In this document: positions 1 to 10,359 of the stretch, piece after piece
How the letters are laid out: every line of letters starts with the position of its first letter
Numbering within the stretch: the stretch's first letter is position 1
Virus record (IMG/VR): IMGVR_UViG_3300035661_004061
DNA: 60,894 bases
From: an uncultured virus (IMG/VR IMGVR_UViG_3300035661_004061)
Taxonomy: Duplodnaviria > Heunggongvirae > Uroviricota > Caudoviricetes
Direction: 5' to 3' (one strand)
Position numbers and translations under genes: made by a program
The notes under the pieces: generated by a model
Seen by the model: only the letters and a program-made list of their open reading frames with translations
Told to the model about the DNA's origin: nothing
Database searches by the model: none

Positions 1-671
1 CTATATTTTAAATCCATCAAAGAATAATAATTTAATAGTACATTTTCAAATAAACTATTGTTTTTTTTCAAAATTGTTTCTGTAACATTTGATTTATGAC
101 AAATATTTTTTGAAATAAAATGTAAATTCGATTTGTGATTTTTTAATACATAATTTGTTGAAGATAAATCTAAATTTAAATTCCATGTTGGAACAGATTC
201 TCTTTTTCTAAATTTTTTTAAGGCTATTTCATTTGGAATAATATTAGAACCAGCATAACCGCCTTGTATAAAAGCTTTTATGTATGGTTCTTTTTCAATC
301 AATTTGGATAGTGTATATAAACTTCCTCCACAAAATACAATTAAATTTTTATCAATAATATTTTTATTTAAAAAATCATTTAATTTTATATATAAAGTTT
401 TATCATTTATAATATCATTATATTCATATAATGATTTATGAATATTTTTATCGTTATCATAATTTGTTATATCACCAGATATAATTAATTTAACGTCATT
501 ATAATTTAATTTTTTTAAAATATTCATTAATACATTAAGTTCTTCGTTAGAAGGATTGTGTATAGATATATATTTTATATTATAGTTATGTTCAATAGCA
601 TAAATAAGTGTCAATATATCATCTATATCCTCCCTTATTTCAATGTCCATCCATATTTCTTTCTTTTTCAT
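1..671 (-). CDS. Nucleoside hydrolase (IU-NH)-like protein, 3' end runs off the window
   Basis: Not in the ORF track; translated by hand from ATG at 671: MKKKEIWMDIEIREDIDDILTLIYA... has a DxDxxxDD-like N-terminal motif (D-I-E-I-R-E-D-I-D-D), then FCGGS, IQGGYAG and PTWNLNLD, matching the IU-NH motif order. The frame stays open to position 1. Confidence 0.7.
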   Translation of the reverse strand, partial: MKKKEIWMDIEIREDIDDILTLIYAIEHNYNIKYISIHNPSNEELNVLMNILKKLNYNDVKLIISGDITNYDNDKNIHKSLYEYNDIINDKTLYIKLNDFLNKNIIDKNLIVFCGGSLYTLSKLIEKEPYIKAFIQGGYAGSNIIPNEIALKKFRKRESVPTWNLNLDLSSTNYVLKNHKSNLHFISKNICHKSNVTETILKKNNSLFENVLLNYYSLMDLKY

Positions 672-727
672 TCTTTTTCCCTTAATTTACATTTTTATTT
701 ATTTTGATTTATAATATCAAAATGACA

Positions 728-1399
728 TTAATTATACATATTCAAAAGAATATTGTAATCATAAAATCCATATAGACCACATGAAAAAAATTGATGAATT
801 TCAATTAATTTTATTTCATTGTTCCTTAATATAGCAAAATCCATAGTATATGAATTATATTTATCAAAATTATTAATATATTTTTCAATTATATTAATAT
901 TCGGAAATATTTTAAAATCACCTGAATAATTTTTAATACCAACTAATTTTTTTCTATATATGAAACAACGATATTCAGAAACAATTTCTAATGGTTCAGA
1001 AATTACATATATTCTTTCATCATCTGGTAAATGTATATATTTATCATAAATATCAGTAATACCTTTAAATATATCTTTTTCTTTAATAAAATCATCTCTT
1101 TTTATATCATTTTTAGTTCCAATTTTCAATTTTCTATCTATTAATTTAGGAAAATCTAAAAGATTAATAGGTTTTATATCAATATTAAAAAAATATTTAT
1201 AAAATTTCAAAACAAATTCTATACTTCCAATTGGTATATATTTTTTATATTTTTGATATTCTATTTTATCAATAGAAACTTTAATATATTTTATAGTGGT
1301 ATTGTTGTTGAGCCAATTATTTACTTTAATAGCTTCTAAAATTTGAAATGAAAAATCATATACTATTTCTTTGTTAATAATTTCTATTAGATATTTCAT
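728..1399 (-). CDS. ATP-grasp domain protein (DUF4343 / R2K-like)
   Basis: Motifs PIGSIEFV, FIK, SEYRCFI, YTMDFAI and IEIHQFFSCGLYG. Confidence 0.75.
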   Translation of the reverse strand: MKYLIEIINKEIVYDFSFQILEAIKVNNWLNNNTTIKYIKVSIDKIEYQKYKKYIPIGSIEFVLKFYKYFFNIDIKPINLLDFPKLIDRKLKIGTKNDIKRDDFIKEKDIFKGITDIYDKYIHLPDDERIYVISEPLEIVSEYRCFIYRKKLVGIKNYSGDFKIFPNINIIEKYINNFDKYNSYTMDFAILRNNEIKLIEIHQFFSCGLYGFYDYNILLNMYN

Positions 1400-1504
1400 T
1401 TAATTCCTTCTTATATATTTACATATTATATCAAAATAATAATACTATTTGATAATTATTAAAAATAATAATATAATTTCTTATCATTTGAAAATTAAAA
1501 ATTT

Positions 1505-2809
1505 TTAAAAAGCTTTATTTTTTAACTTCCAAATAATAATAGCATAAATGGCAGCTAAATAATTTCCAATTAACATTCCTATCATAATTCCTTGAAATCC
1601 CCCATATTTTTGTCCTATAATAGGAATTAAAAAAACTGAAATTATAGATCTAAACATTGATAAAGAAGTAGACCAATATCCCATTTTTTGTGCAGCAAAT
1701 CCAGATCTTATAATTGTATGTATTCCCCAAGGAATAAATCCAAAAGACAATAAAATCATTGTATAGATAGACCTGTTTATAGATTCTTGAGTTTCAAGAT
1801 ATAAATTTGATATATTATTAGAAAAAATAATAAATAAAAATGTTAAAAACAATGTATAATAAACAATAATTCTTAATGAAATATCAAAAGATTTTTTAAC
1901 TTTTAATTTGTTTTTTGAACCTATATATTTACTCATTAAAATCATTAATCCTGTACTTGTAGCACTAGCTACAACAACAAATAAAATTTCTAATTTGGTA
2001 TATACAGCAAACGCACTTATAGCTGTTGTACCTTCTTTTGCTAATAAAATAGATAACATAAATAAAGCCATAGGAAATAATAATCCTTGAAAAGTTAAAG
2101 GTATAGCAATCTTTAATATTTTTTTCATTAAAATTATTAATTTTAATTTTGGTATTTTTATTTGTATTAATCCCTTTTTATTTAAATACCAATATAAAAC
2201 TAAAAAGTGAATAATTTTTGCAATCACGGTTCCTAATGCGGCACCAGTAACCCCAAGAGGATTTAAAAATCCATTTATTCCAAAAATTAATATATAATTT
2301 AATCCTATATTTAAAAATGTTGCTAAAACATTTAAAAATGTTCCATTTTTAGCTAATGAAACGCCATTTAAACCAAATGTTCCAATCATAATTAACGATT
2401 CAAAAATTATAATAGACAACCATATATAACCATATTCAAAAGCGTATTTTGATACTTCTTCCGAAACACCATAGCTATTAATAATATATTTAAGTGAAAG
2501 ATATCCAATAATAGTTAATATTAATGAAAAAATAACTGAAATCAAAACTCCAATAGTTATTTTTTGTGCAACCCTATTATGAAAACCTCCCCCGTAAGCA
2601 GAAGCAACAACAATACTTATTGAAGAAGCATATCCTCCTAACATACTAACTATTGCTAAAAGAATAGGGAAAAACAAATTAACACCAGCTAATGCCTTTT
2701 CGGAAATAGTAGATATGAAATAAGCATCTATGACTGAATGAATACTTATTACAATCATTGTAATTACAATAGGTATAAATATTTTTAGAAATTCTTTAGT
2801 TATAGTCAT
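1505..2809 (-). CDS. MATE-family efflux transporter
   Basis: About 12 hydrophobic segments; VIDAYFIS, NIGLNYILIFG and LGVTGAALGTVIA are MATE signatures. Confidence 0.9.
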   Translation of the reverse strand: MTITKEFLKIFIPIVITMIVISIHSVIDAYFISTISEKALAGVNLFFPILLAIVSMLGGYASSISIVVASAYGGGFHNRVAQKITIGVLISVIFSLILTIIGYLSLKYIINSYGVSEEVSKYAFEYGYIWLSIIIFESLIMIGTFGLNGVSLAKNGTFLNVLATFLNIGLNYILIFGINGFLNPLGVTGAALGTVIAKIIHFLVLYWYLNKKGLIQIKIPKLKLIILMKKILKIAIPLTFQGLLFPMALFMLSILLAKEGTTAISAFAVYTKLEILFVVVASATSTGLMILMSKYIGSKNKLKVKKSFDISLRIIVYYTLFLTFLFIIFSNNISNLYLETQESINRSIYTMILLSFGFIPWGIHTIIRSGFAAQKMGYWSTSLSMFRSIISVFLIPIIGQKYGGFQGIMIGMLIGNYLAAIYAIIIWKLKNKAF

Positions 2810-2841
2810 TTATAATTACTTTCATTATGAATTTTTCAATA

Positions 2842-3306
2842 TTAATTAACAGGTAAAAGTCCTAAATCTCGTAAATTCATTAATCTTTTACAAAATTCAT
2901 TTTTTGTTAAAACTGTTTCTTTTTCTTTATTTTTTCCAATAGAATGAGATAATGTTGATTTTCCACTTGCTTTTAAAGCATTTCTAAAAGATTCAGATTG
3001 TTCATACATACAATTATAAGCTTTATTTATTAATAATTGATAATCTTTTGATTTTCGTGGATAAGACTTTCCTTTCCACCATAAAGTTTGTTTAGATTGC
3101 CAATAGGAATTTCTTCCAGAACCTTTTCTTTTTGCATCAAACCCAGATAAAGAACAAGTTATAATTTGTGCCTCTTGATTTTCAAATTTTAATGCTTGCA
3201 AAAAACCTTCCATTGAAGAACATTCTATTCCATCAACAATAAATTTATTATGACTAAAATTTGATAAAGCATTAGAAGGGTATGAACCTTTACTATTTAT
3301 TTCCAT
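2842..3306 (-). CDS. NADAR-superfamily protein, phage T4 gp30.3-like
   Basis: YPSNALSNF, SMEGFLQALKF, QTLWWKG, FRNALKAS, HSIG and VLTKNEF match the Phage_30_3/NADAR pattern. Confidence 0.8.
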   Translation of the reverse strand: MEINSKGSYPSNALSNFSHNKFIVDGIECSSMEGFLQALKFENQEAQIITCSLSGFDAKRKGSGRNSYWQSKQTLWWKGKSYPRKSKDYQLLINKAYNCMYEQSESFRNALKASGKSTLSHSIGKNKEKETVLTKNEFCKRLMNLRDLGLLPVN

Positions 3307-3332
3307 TTAAGTTACCTTTTTATTTTTTCTTT

Positions 3333-5102
3333 TCACGATTGTATTAAAATTTTATTAGAAATTTCAGTTAAAGTTGGATAATAATCTTTTTCTTTATCAT
3401 AAAATACATAAAAACTTTCAAATACTGGGAAAACTTCTTTATATGTCATATAATCGTCTTCATCGATTAAATGTAAATCATCTTTTAATATAATCAAATA
3501 ATTTTCATACAATTCTCTTATATTATTGATTTCGTTTTGAGTAATAATATCATTGTTTAAAACTGAACGGATTTTATTTCTATAAGGTTTACTAATTGCT
3601 AAAAAATCAAATTTATAAAAAATAACTAATTGTCCTAGCATATATTTTTTAAATGAATTTGTAATTAATAATTCATTAGACATATTATTCATATTATCTT
3701 TTAATTTATTATTATAATAGAATTGATTTAAAACATAATTAAATGTTTGTTCTATTATTGTATCTACTTTCATATTATATTCTTCTTGAATATTTATAAG
3801 ACTGTCGAATTCAAATACAGAATGTAAATTAGATTTTTGAATAATATTTTCATTATCAGTATACCATAATTTAAATATTTCTATATTTTGATACATATTT
3901 TCAAAGTTTTGGTCTGTCCATTTAAAATCCTCAATAAAAAATGGTGAAAATTTAAGTTTAAAATCTTCTAAAACTTCTAAATTTTTATTATTTAACAATT
4001 TGATATAATAACTATCATCACCTTTTAAACAATATTGTACATTAGCATACAAAATGTCTTTTATTTCAAGATTAGGATTTTCATTTAAAATACTTTTAAA
4101 TAATGGATAAATTTTCCTTTTATTGAAATCGTAATCAATATTATTTTCTACCAATTTATGAATAAATAACATATCAGCAAACACCATAGTTAATGCTTCA
4201 CTCATCATTCTATAAATAACATAAACGTTTTTATAATCTTGTTTTGAATATGATTCTTTACCTTCAAAAACAAGATCTGGCATCATAAAATGACATAAAT
4301 CGTGAACGGCAAAAGTAATTTCATGAATTTCATCTTTTTTTGCAACTAATGGAATACCACTATTTAATCCAGGCAACCAATAATTTTTTTCTCGTCGATT
4401 TTTAGCTGAACGAAAAAATGCACCATTATTCATAGCTGAATTAAAAATAAACTCAAATTCTTCTTTAACATTATCTAATATTAAATATTTATTTGTATGA
4501 ATAAAATCAATAACTTTATTATCAAATTCTATACTTCTTTCTTGGTTTTGTTTATTAAAATTTAGGTCAAGTTTTTCTTTATAATAAATATTTTCTTTGA
4601 TGAATTTAGAAATAAGTTTATTACGAGGTGAAATTTTAATATTTCTGTTATTTAATTCATGGTAACTTAATCCAGTTGTAGATACTACAAAAATGTCATC
4701 CCATGAAAAAGTTTCAACTTCTTTTTTTGATAAATCAATCCAACCGTTAATAGTTTCAGTCCATTTTTCATATTTATTTTCTTTAGTATAAAAATATAAT
4801 ACTGTTTTATTGTATACCATTTCCATATCTGTATTTTTTTCAGAAATTTCGTCTGTTTTTCGATTGTATAAATCAGAAATGTCCCACATAATTGAAATAA
4901 CATCAAAATCTTGATCATTAAATAATGTGTCTTTTAATAATTTTAAATATTCCTTTTGTTCAACATAAGAACAATCTTTAAAATCTTTTTCAAAAATTGA
5001 TTTTTTCATTTCAACTTCTATATCATATTTTTTAAATATTTTAACATATTCTTCATATTTTTTAATATTATTTGTTAATAAAATAACTTTTTTCTTTTTC
5101 AT
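3333..5102 (-). CDS. Fusion of a degenerate HAM1/ITPase-like N-terminal domain and an uncharacterised His/Glu-rich helical domain
   Basis: LLTNNIKKYEE (cf. TxNxxKxxE), INGWI, FSWDDIF (cf. FGWDPIF) and KISPR (cf. ISHR); the C-terminal part has HEITFAVHDLCH and MMSEA. Confidence 0.6.
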   Translation of the reverse strand: MKKKKVILLTNNIKKYEEYVKIFKKYDIEVEMKKSIFEKDFKDCSYVEQKEYLKLLKDTLFNDQDFDVISIMWDISDLYNRKTDEISEKNTDMEMVYNKTVLYFYTKENKYEKWTETINGWIDLSKKEVETFSWDDIFVVSTTGLSYHELNNRNIKISPRNKLISKFIKENIYYKEKLDLNFNKQNQERSIEFDNKVIDFIHTNKYLILDNVKEEFEFIFNSAMNNGAFFRSAKNRREKNYWLPGLNSGIPLVAKKDEIHEITFAVHDLCHFMMPDLVFEGKESYSKQDYKNVYVIYRMMSEALTMVFADMLFIHKLVENNIDYDFNKRKIYPLFKSILNENPNLEIKDILYANVQYCLKGDDSYYIKLLNNKNLEVLEDFKLKFSPFFIEDFKWTDQNFENMYQNIEIFKLWYTDNENIIQKSNLHSVFEFDSLINIQEEYNMKVDTIIEQTFNYVLNQFYYNNKLKDNMNNMSNELLITNSFKKYMLGQLVIFYKFDFLAISKPYRNKIRSVLNNDIITQNEINNIRELYENYLIILKDDLHLIDEDDYMTYKEVFPVFESFYVFYDKEKDYYPTLTEISNKILIQS

Positions 5103-5253
5103 AATATTCCTTAATATACAAATGTTTTATATTAAATGATTATATCAAAATAAGTTTAAAATAAAATAAAACAAATAATATAATTTATTTTTATAATAAA
5201 TAAAATAAATTAAAAATGTTATACTTCATTCTAAAAAATTTAAAAGGTTGAAA

Positions 5254-6036
5254 ATGAATAAATATCAATTATCACATAAAAAACTTATAGAAAATTCAGG
5301 AGGAGAAGTTGAAGATGTTTTTGTTTTAAAAACAGGTGTTATAATTACCAAAACTTCAAATATTACACAAGAAGCACAAGAATTATTTAAATCTTTAAAT
5401 ATTGATTTTGATTTAAATGATAAAAAAACAGAAACAAAAGCACATGCTGAATTTAATAGTCGTTTAACTTATTTATCATTTTTAGATAATGCTTCTAATA
5501 ATAATAATTATATTAATAAAATGATTAATGAATTTCAACATTTATCTATATTTAATGATGAATATGTGACGTTTTTAATAGCAGGGTGTTCCGTAGAAAC
5601 TGAACTTGAATTTATCGCACATAATGAAGCAAAAGTTGCACGATTAACTTCATCAAAAACAAAAGCACAAAATGAACCTTTATATAAAATAATTGATTCT
5701 ATTTCAATTGATAGAGAAACTCAAAAATCCTTTATTAAAGATTTTATTAAACTAAAAGAAGCTTATAAAGAACAATTTAAAACAAACGATAATTCTATAA
5801 ATAATGAAGTTTTTAATCTTTTTACAACTGGAAACAAAGCTGTTTCTTTTACTATAACAATGTCTATTAAAGATTGGCACAAAACATTAATTGGGAGATT
5901 GTCAGAACATGGTGTCGAATATGAAATGCTTCAAATATGTGAAGAAATAGCTTTACAATTAAATAATATTTATCCTTATTTCTTTAAAACAATTTCCGAA
6001 TATTATTTAATGAATAATGGAAAAAAATATGAATGA
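5254..6036 (+). CDS. Divergent ThyX (flavin-dependent thymidylate synthase)-fold protein
   Basis: SRLTYLSF, QHLSIF..VTFLIAGCS and ITMSIKDW...RL.....EM follow ThyX motif order, but RHRx7S is replaced by AHNEAKVARLTSS. Alternative TTG start at 5248. Confidence 0.6.
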   Translation: MNKYQLSHKKLIENSGGEVEDVFVLKTGVIITKTSNITQEAQELFKSLNIDFDLNDKKTETKAHAEFNSRLTYLSFLDNASNNNNYINKMINEFQHLSIFNDEYVTFLIAGCSVETELEFIAHNEAKVARLTSSKTKAQNEPLYKIIDSISIDRETQKSFIKDFIKLKEAYKEQFKTNDNSINNEVFNLFTTGNKAVSFTITMSIKDWHKTLIGRLSEHGVEYEMLQICEEIALQLNNIYPYFFKTISEYYLMNNGKKYE

Positions 6037-6505
6037 CTTTCAACAACATATTTTAAAAAGTAAAAATATTATTAAATTAAAAAGAAAATTTAATAAATTT
6101 AATTTTAATAACAAACACATTTTAGAAATTGGAATTGGAACTGGACAATTTACAAAATGTTTTTATAATAAAAAACTTTTTTTAACTGCTTTTGAAATAG
6201 ATAAAAATCTTAAATATCAAATTTATAAAAACAAACTAAATAAAAAAAATGTAAAAATTGTATTTAAACCATTTGAATTATCAGAAATTTTTAAATATAA
6301 AAAATATATTATTATTTCTGCACCTCCATATATATTATTAGAAGGATTATCAAAAGAAATAAAGAAATATAAAATGAAATTTCTTTTAATGGTAGGAGAA
6401 AGATATCTTAAATATTTTGAAAAATTTAAAATAATACAAAAAATTGAAGGTAAAGAATTTATACCATTAAGTAGAGGAAATCATTTTATTATATCTAATA
6501 TTTAG
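6017..6505 (+). CDS. Minimal KsgA/Erm-like SAM-dependent adenine methyltransferase
   Basis: QHIL, LEIGIGTG (motif I), AFEID and SAPPY (NPPY-like motif IV); no C-terminal helical domain. Overlaps the upstream gene; the start may be 6029. Confidence 0.7.
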   Translation: MEKNMNDFQQHILKSKNIIKLKRKFNKFNFNNKHILEIGIGTGQFTKCFYNKKLFLTAFEIDKNLKYQIYKNKLNKKNVKIVFKPFELSEIFKYKKYIIISAPPYILLEGLSKEIKKYKMKFLLMVGERYLKYFEKFKIIQKIEGKEFIPLSRGNHFIISNI

Positions 6506-6701
6506 ATATTATTTTTGAAAAAAATCTAAAAAATGTTTTAATAAATTTTCCTCAATTTTAAAGTAATACATATTAAAATAATATAAATCCAAATCATTTA
6601 TAGAATCTAAACTATAATTATCAAAAACTAAAATATATTCATTGTTTATTATTTGGATATCAAAATCAACTTCTTCTCTTTTTTAATATAATATAGAATT
6701 T

Positions 6702-7160
6702 TTAATATTTTAAAATTCCAAATAATAATTTTTTTAATATTGGACTATTTATAGAACAACTTAACATTTTAATATCTTTAATAATTCCTATTTGTTTATA
6801 TATCAAATCTATTTTATTTACGAATGTAAGTGTAGGTTCAATGTTATTTCTTTTTATAGAACGTCTTAAATTTCCAAAACCTTTAAAATTTAATATTTTT
6901 GGTATTAATTCTTCTTTATTAATTAATAAATTTTCAAAAGTATTTGATATATCAAGTAAAGATATTTTTTCTTTATTATATTCTTCTGATTTTTCATATA
7001 TACTATCTTTTAATCTATCAGAAACATTTTTAATTATTTTTTCTTTTGAATAGTCATTAATCAAATACCATATTTTAGACAATTCCCAATAATCTATTTT
7101 TACTAACCATTGTCTTATTTGTAAATCATTTAAATCTAATAAATAATCATCTAAATTCAT
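6702..7160 (-). CDS. FliG C-terminal-like domain protein
   Basis: LNDLQIRQWLVKID...KEKIIKNVSDR resembles the FliG_C pattern LDDRxIQxxLRxVD...EKIFxNMSxR. Confidence 0.5.
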   Translation of the reverse strand: MNLDDYLLDLNDLQIRQWLVKIDYWELSKIWYLINDYSKEKIIKNVSDRLKDSIYEKSEEYNKEKISLLDISNTFENLLINKEELIPKILNFKGFGNLRRSIKRNNIEPTLTFVNKIDLIYKQIGIIKDIKMLSCSINSPILKKLLFGILKY

Positions 7161-7366
7161 TTTATACCTTTAAATGGTAAATGGTTTGTGAAATTTTTCA
7201 TAACTCATTTGAATAGATTTTCGTTCTTTATCATGTTTTTTATTATTTTTTCTTCTTCAATAAAATATGAACGACATATAGTTTTATTTTTTAATTCTTT
7301 TGCTATGACTTTTAATGAATATAGTAAATCTTCTATTTTTTTATTTTCCATTATAATTTCCTTTAA

Positions 7367-7618
7367 TTATAATTTTGAAAAATCTATTTCAAAATTTTCT
7401 TTGTCTTTTTCTATTATATCATAATCATCAATTATAATCAAAATACCATCTTTATCATAAACATTTGTTTCTTTATTTTCAAAAATAGGAATTTCTTTAT
7501 TATTTAATAAAGAATTAATAATTTTAGATGCTTGATTTACAGTTAATAAATTAATGTTTTTATCTTTATATCCATTTTTAATCAAAATGTGTTTTTGTTT
7601 TGTTGTTATTAAAGACAT
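7367..7618 (-). CDS. Hypothetical protein
   Basis: 83-aa ORF with an AAGGA RBS upstream. Confidence 0.55.
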   Translation of the reverse strand: MSLITTKQKHILIKNGYKDKNINLLTVNQASKIINSLLNNKEIPIFENKETNVYDKDGILIIIDDYDIIEKDKENFEIDFSKL

Positions 7619-7793
7619 ATTTTTTAATCCTTATAAATCTATAAAATATTAATAGACAATTCAATTAACATTATAACTATAATTAGTTTTAAAACAAAGA
7701 AAAAATAAAATTAAAAAGTTTTCTTTGTTTTAAATAATTTTTTATAAATAATTTTTATATAATGAATATATAAATATAGAAAAAGGAATCATT

Positions 7794-8162
7794 ATGTTCG
7801 AAAATGAAGATTTAAAAATTTTATTAAAAGATGAAAAAATTAAACAAAATGAAAAATATTTAATAGCTATGAAGTTAGGTTTTGAAAATAGGAAAGAAAT
7901 TTATGAAATAGTTGCTAAAAAAGAATATAAAATTGGACATAATTCTCAAGTATTTGCTATATTATCTAAAAAAAAATTATGTATATTTAAAAATAAATAT
8001 ATTGTAACTGAAAAAGGTGATCAATATATTTTGGATTTATTAAATAAAAACGATCATTTCATAAACAAAATAAATAATATTCAAAAAGAAATAGATAAAC
8101 AAAAATCCATTTATATTTCAAAAATAAATTCAGAAGAAAACGAAATTTCATATAATTTTTAA
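7794..8162 (+). CDS. Hypothetical protein
   Basis: 122-aa ORF with AAGGA RBS and a TATAAT upstream. Confidence 0.65.
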   Translation: MFENEDLKILLKDEKIKQNEKYLIAMKLGFENRKEIYEIVAKKEYKIGHNSQVFAILSKKKLCIFKNKYIVTEKGDQYILDLLNKNDHFINKINNIQKEIDKQKSIYISKINSEENEISYNF

Positions 8163-8249
8163 AACTGTATATTTTTTGCACAATATTTATGTAATTGTCG
8201 TTGATATTTTTATTATAATTTGTATATTTTTTAATACAAAGGAAATAAA

Positions 8250-9572
8250 ATGTTAAAAATTTTAATGATAATGTTCTTTTTTACAATTTCATTATTTGCG
8301 GGAGAACCTGTTTTAGATAAAGGTGATACCTCATTTATGTTAATATCAACAGCATTAGTTGTTTTTATGGCACCAGTAGGATTATCATTATTTTATAGTG
8401 GTATGACAAAAAGTAAAAATATTGTAAATTCATTTTTAATGGTTTTTATGGGATTTTTCATTTCATTCATAGCATGGATTATAATCGGTTATTCTATTGC
8501 TTTCGGAATAGCTGACGAAAGTTTAAATAAATATATAGGCGGATTTTCATATATTCTTTTAAATGGAATATCTTGGGAAGAATTAGCTAATGTAAAATTA
8601 GGTCAATTATATCCTAAATTAATATTTATTTTATTTCAAGGATCCTTTGCTGGAATAACAGTAGCTATTATAGCTGGTTCAATTGTTGAAAGAATGAAAT
8701 TTTCAACTTGGATGATATTTTCGTTTTTATGGACTATTTTAGTTTATGCTCCTATTGCACATATAGTATGGGGGGGAGGATTTTTATTTGATTTAGGAAC
8801 ATTAGATTTTGCTGGTGGAACAGTGATTCATATGACAGGAGGATTAGCAGGTTTAATTTTAGCTATTTTAATTGGTAAAAGATTAGAAAATTATTCTGAA
8901 GAATATAAACCTTCAAGTGTGATTTTTACCTCAACTGGTGCTGGACTTTTATTATTAGGATGGTTTGGTTTTAATGGTGGTTCATCATTTGGTGCTAATG
9001 GAATAACAGGATTAGCTTATACAACAACAATAATAGCTGCATCAATAGGTTCTATTTCATGGTCTATAATGGAATATATGAAATATAATAAAATAACATT
9101 ATTAGGTGCTTCTTCTGGATTGGTTTCAGGACTTGTAGCGATAACACCAGCTTCTGGATTTGTTTCTGTTGGCGGTTCATTATTAATAGGTATAGGTGGA
9201 ACTTTTGTCGCATTTATAGCAGTAAAAATTTTAAAAGAAAAATTTAAATATGATGATAGTTTAGATGCTTTTGGAATACATTTTATAGCTGGTGCTTTTG
9301 GTGCATTATCAACAGGAATATTAGCATTAAATGATAAAAATTTATTATGGGATGGACCTTTAAAATCACATGATGACAGAATTGGACAAATAATTGTTCA
9401 AGGAGAATCAATTCTTATAGTTTCAATTATTATTATAGTAGGAACTTTAATTTCATATTATATTTCTAAATTATTATCTGGAGGTGCTAGAGTAGAATTA
9501 AATATCGAAAAAGAAGGATTAGATAAAAAACTTCATGGTGAAATAGGTTTTTCAATAGATAAATCTTTATAA
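8250..9572 (+). CDS. amtB: Ammonium transporter
   Basis: FYSGM, GSIVERMKF, LDFAGGTVIH, WFGFNGGS, GLVAITPA and DDSLDAFGIH (twin His). Confidence 0.95.
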   Translation: MLKILMIMFFFTISLFAGEPVLDKGDTSFMLISTALVVFMAPVGLSLFYSGMTKSKNIVNSFLMVFMGFFISFIAWIIIGYSIAFGIADESLNKYIGGFSYILLNGISWEELANVKLGQLYPKLIFILFQGSFAGITVAIIAGSIVERMKFSTWMIFSFLWTILVYAPIAHIVWGGGFLFDLGTLDFAGGTVIHMTGGLAGLILAILIGKRLENYSEEYKPSSVIFTSTGAGLLLLGWFGFNGGSSFGANGITGLAYTTTIIAASIGSISWSIMEYMKYNKITLLGASSGLVSGLVAITPASGFVSVGGSLLIGIGGTFVAFIAVKILKEKFKYDDSLDAFGIHFIAGAFGALSTGILALNDKNLLWDGPLKSHDDRIGQIIVQGESILIVSIIIIVGTLISYYISKLLSGGARVELNIEKEGLDKKLHGEIGFSIDKSL

Positions 9573-9579
9573 GAATTAA

Positions 9580-9613
9580 TATAATTTTATTAAATAAATT
9601 TAATAAAATTATA
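9580..9613. terminator. Perfect A/T-only inverted repeat (16-bp arms), probable bidirectional terminator
   Basis: tataattttattaaat-aa-atttaataaaattata lies between convergent amtB and the pseudogene. Confidence 0.5.
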
Positions 9614-9643
9614 ATTATTGTATCATAAATTAAATCAAGAATT

Positions 9644-10261
9644 TTAAAAGGATATTTTTATTTTATATTCTTCTCTTTCTTCTTCACTTAATTCAGGGTA
9701 ATTATATTGAAACATATCACTTATAGAAAATATTTTCAAATAATCTACTAATGGTTTATCAACAAAATAAATTTCCTCATTTTTAAAATCTTTACCATAT
9801 TTTTTGGTAAAGATTTTAACTGATTCTATGTATTTTAATTCTAATTCTTCTTCAGATAAATTTAAAAATTCTTTTTTTATTTCTTCGGATGAATAACGAT
9901 AACCATAACGTTCCGTCAATTTATAAGTTTTTTCACAAACTTCAATTTTATATTCTCTTGTTTCTTATACTAAATCTTTAAGATGTAAATGATTATTTTG
10001 ATTCATCCACTTAATAATATTTCCTTTATAATATTCCCAATGAGATTTAGGTATATAAGACATTTTTAAATATCCTGTTTCTAAACCATTTATATACATA
10101 GTTAATTGGTTTACTATCCACCCCCTATTTTCATATTCTGTATCAATATCATATTTAAATTTTATAATAGTTCCATCTTTTTTTTTAACTATTGATTGTT
10201 TTAATGAAGATATTTTATATTCGTGAAGTAAATGATTTTTTTATGGTTATTTTCTAATCAT
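9644..10261 (-). pseudogene. Disrupted, truncated paralogue of the 12821..13810 gene
   Basis: One frame reads MIRK*P*KNHLLHEYK...MYINGLETGYLKMSYIPKSHWEYYKGN...KDLV*ETREYKIEVC...YFVDKPLVDY and is colinear with 12821..13810. It has three in-frame TAA (one at 9965-9967). The track ORF 9644..9919 is its 3' fragment. Confidence 0.85.
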
Positions 10262-10324
10262 TTTTTAATCCTAATTTATTTTTTATATAAAATATATTAT
10301 AAAAAATAAATAAAAATTAATTTC

Positions 10325-10359
10325 TTATATAAAATAAACTTAAAGTTTATTTTATATAA
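10325..10359. terminator. Perfect inverted repeat (17-bp arms) over the DUF4337 stop codon
   Basis: ttatataaaataaactt-a-aagtttattttatataa. Confidence 0.5.

Noticed and set aside
6017..6505. Erm-type macrolide resistance gene
   Set aside because: Only about 160 aa, lacks the C-terminal domain and has SAPPY rather than N(I/L)PY; the substrate cannot be assigned.
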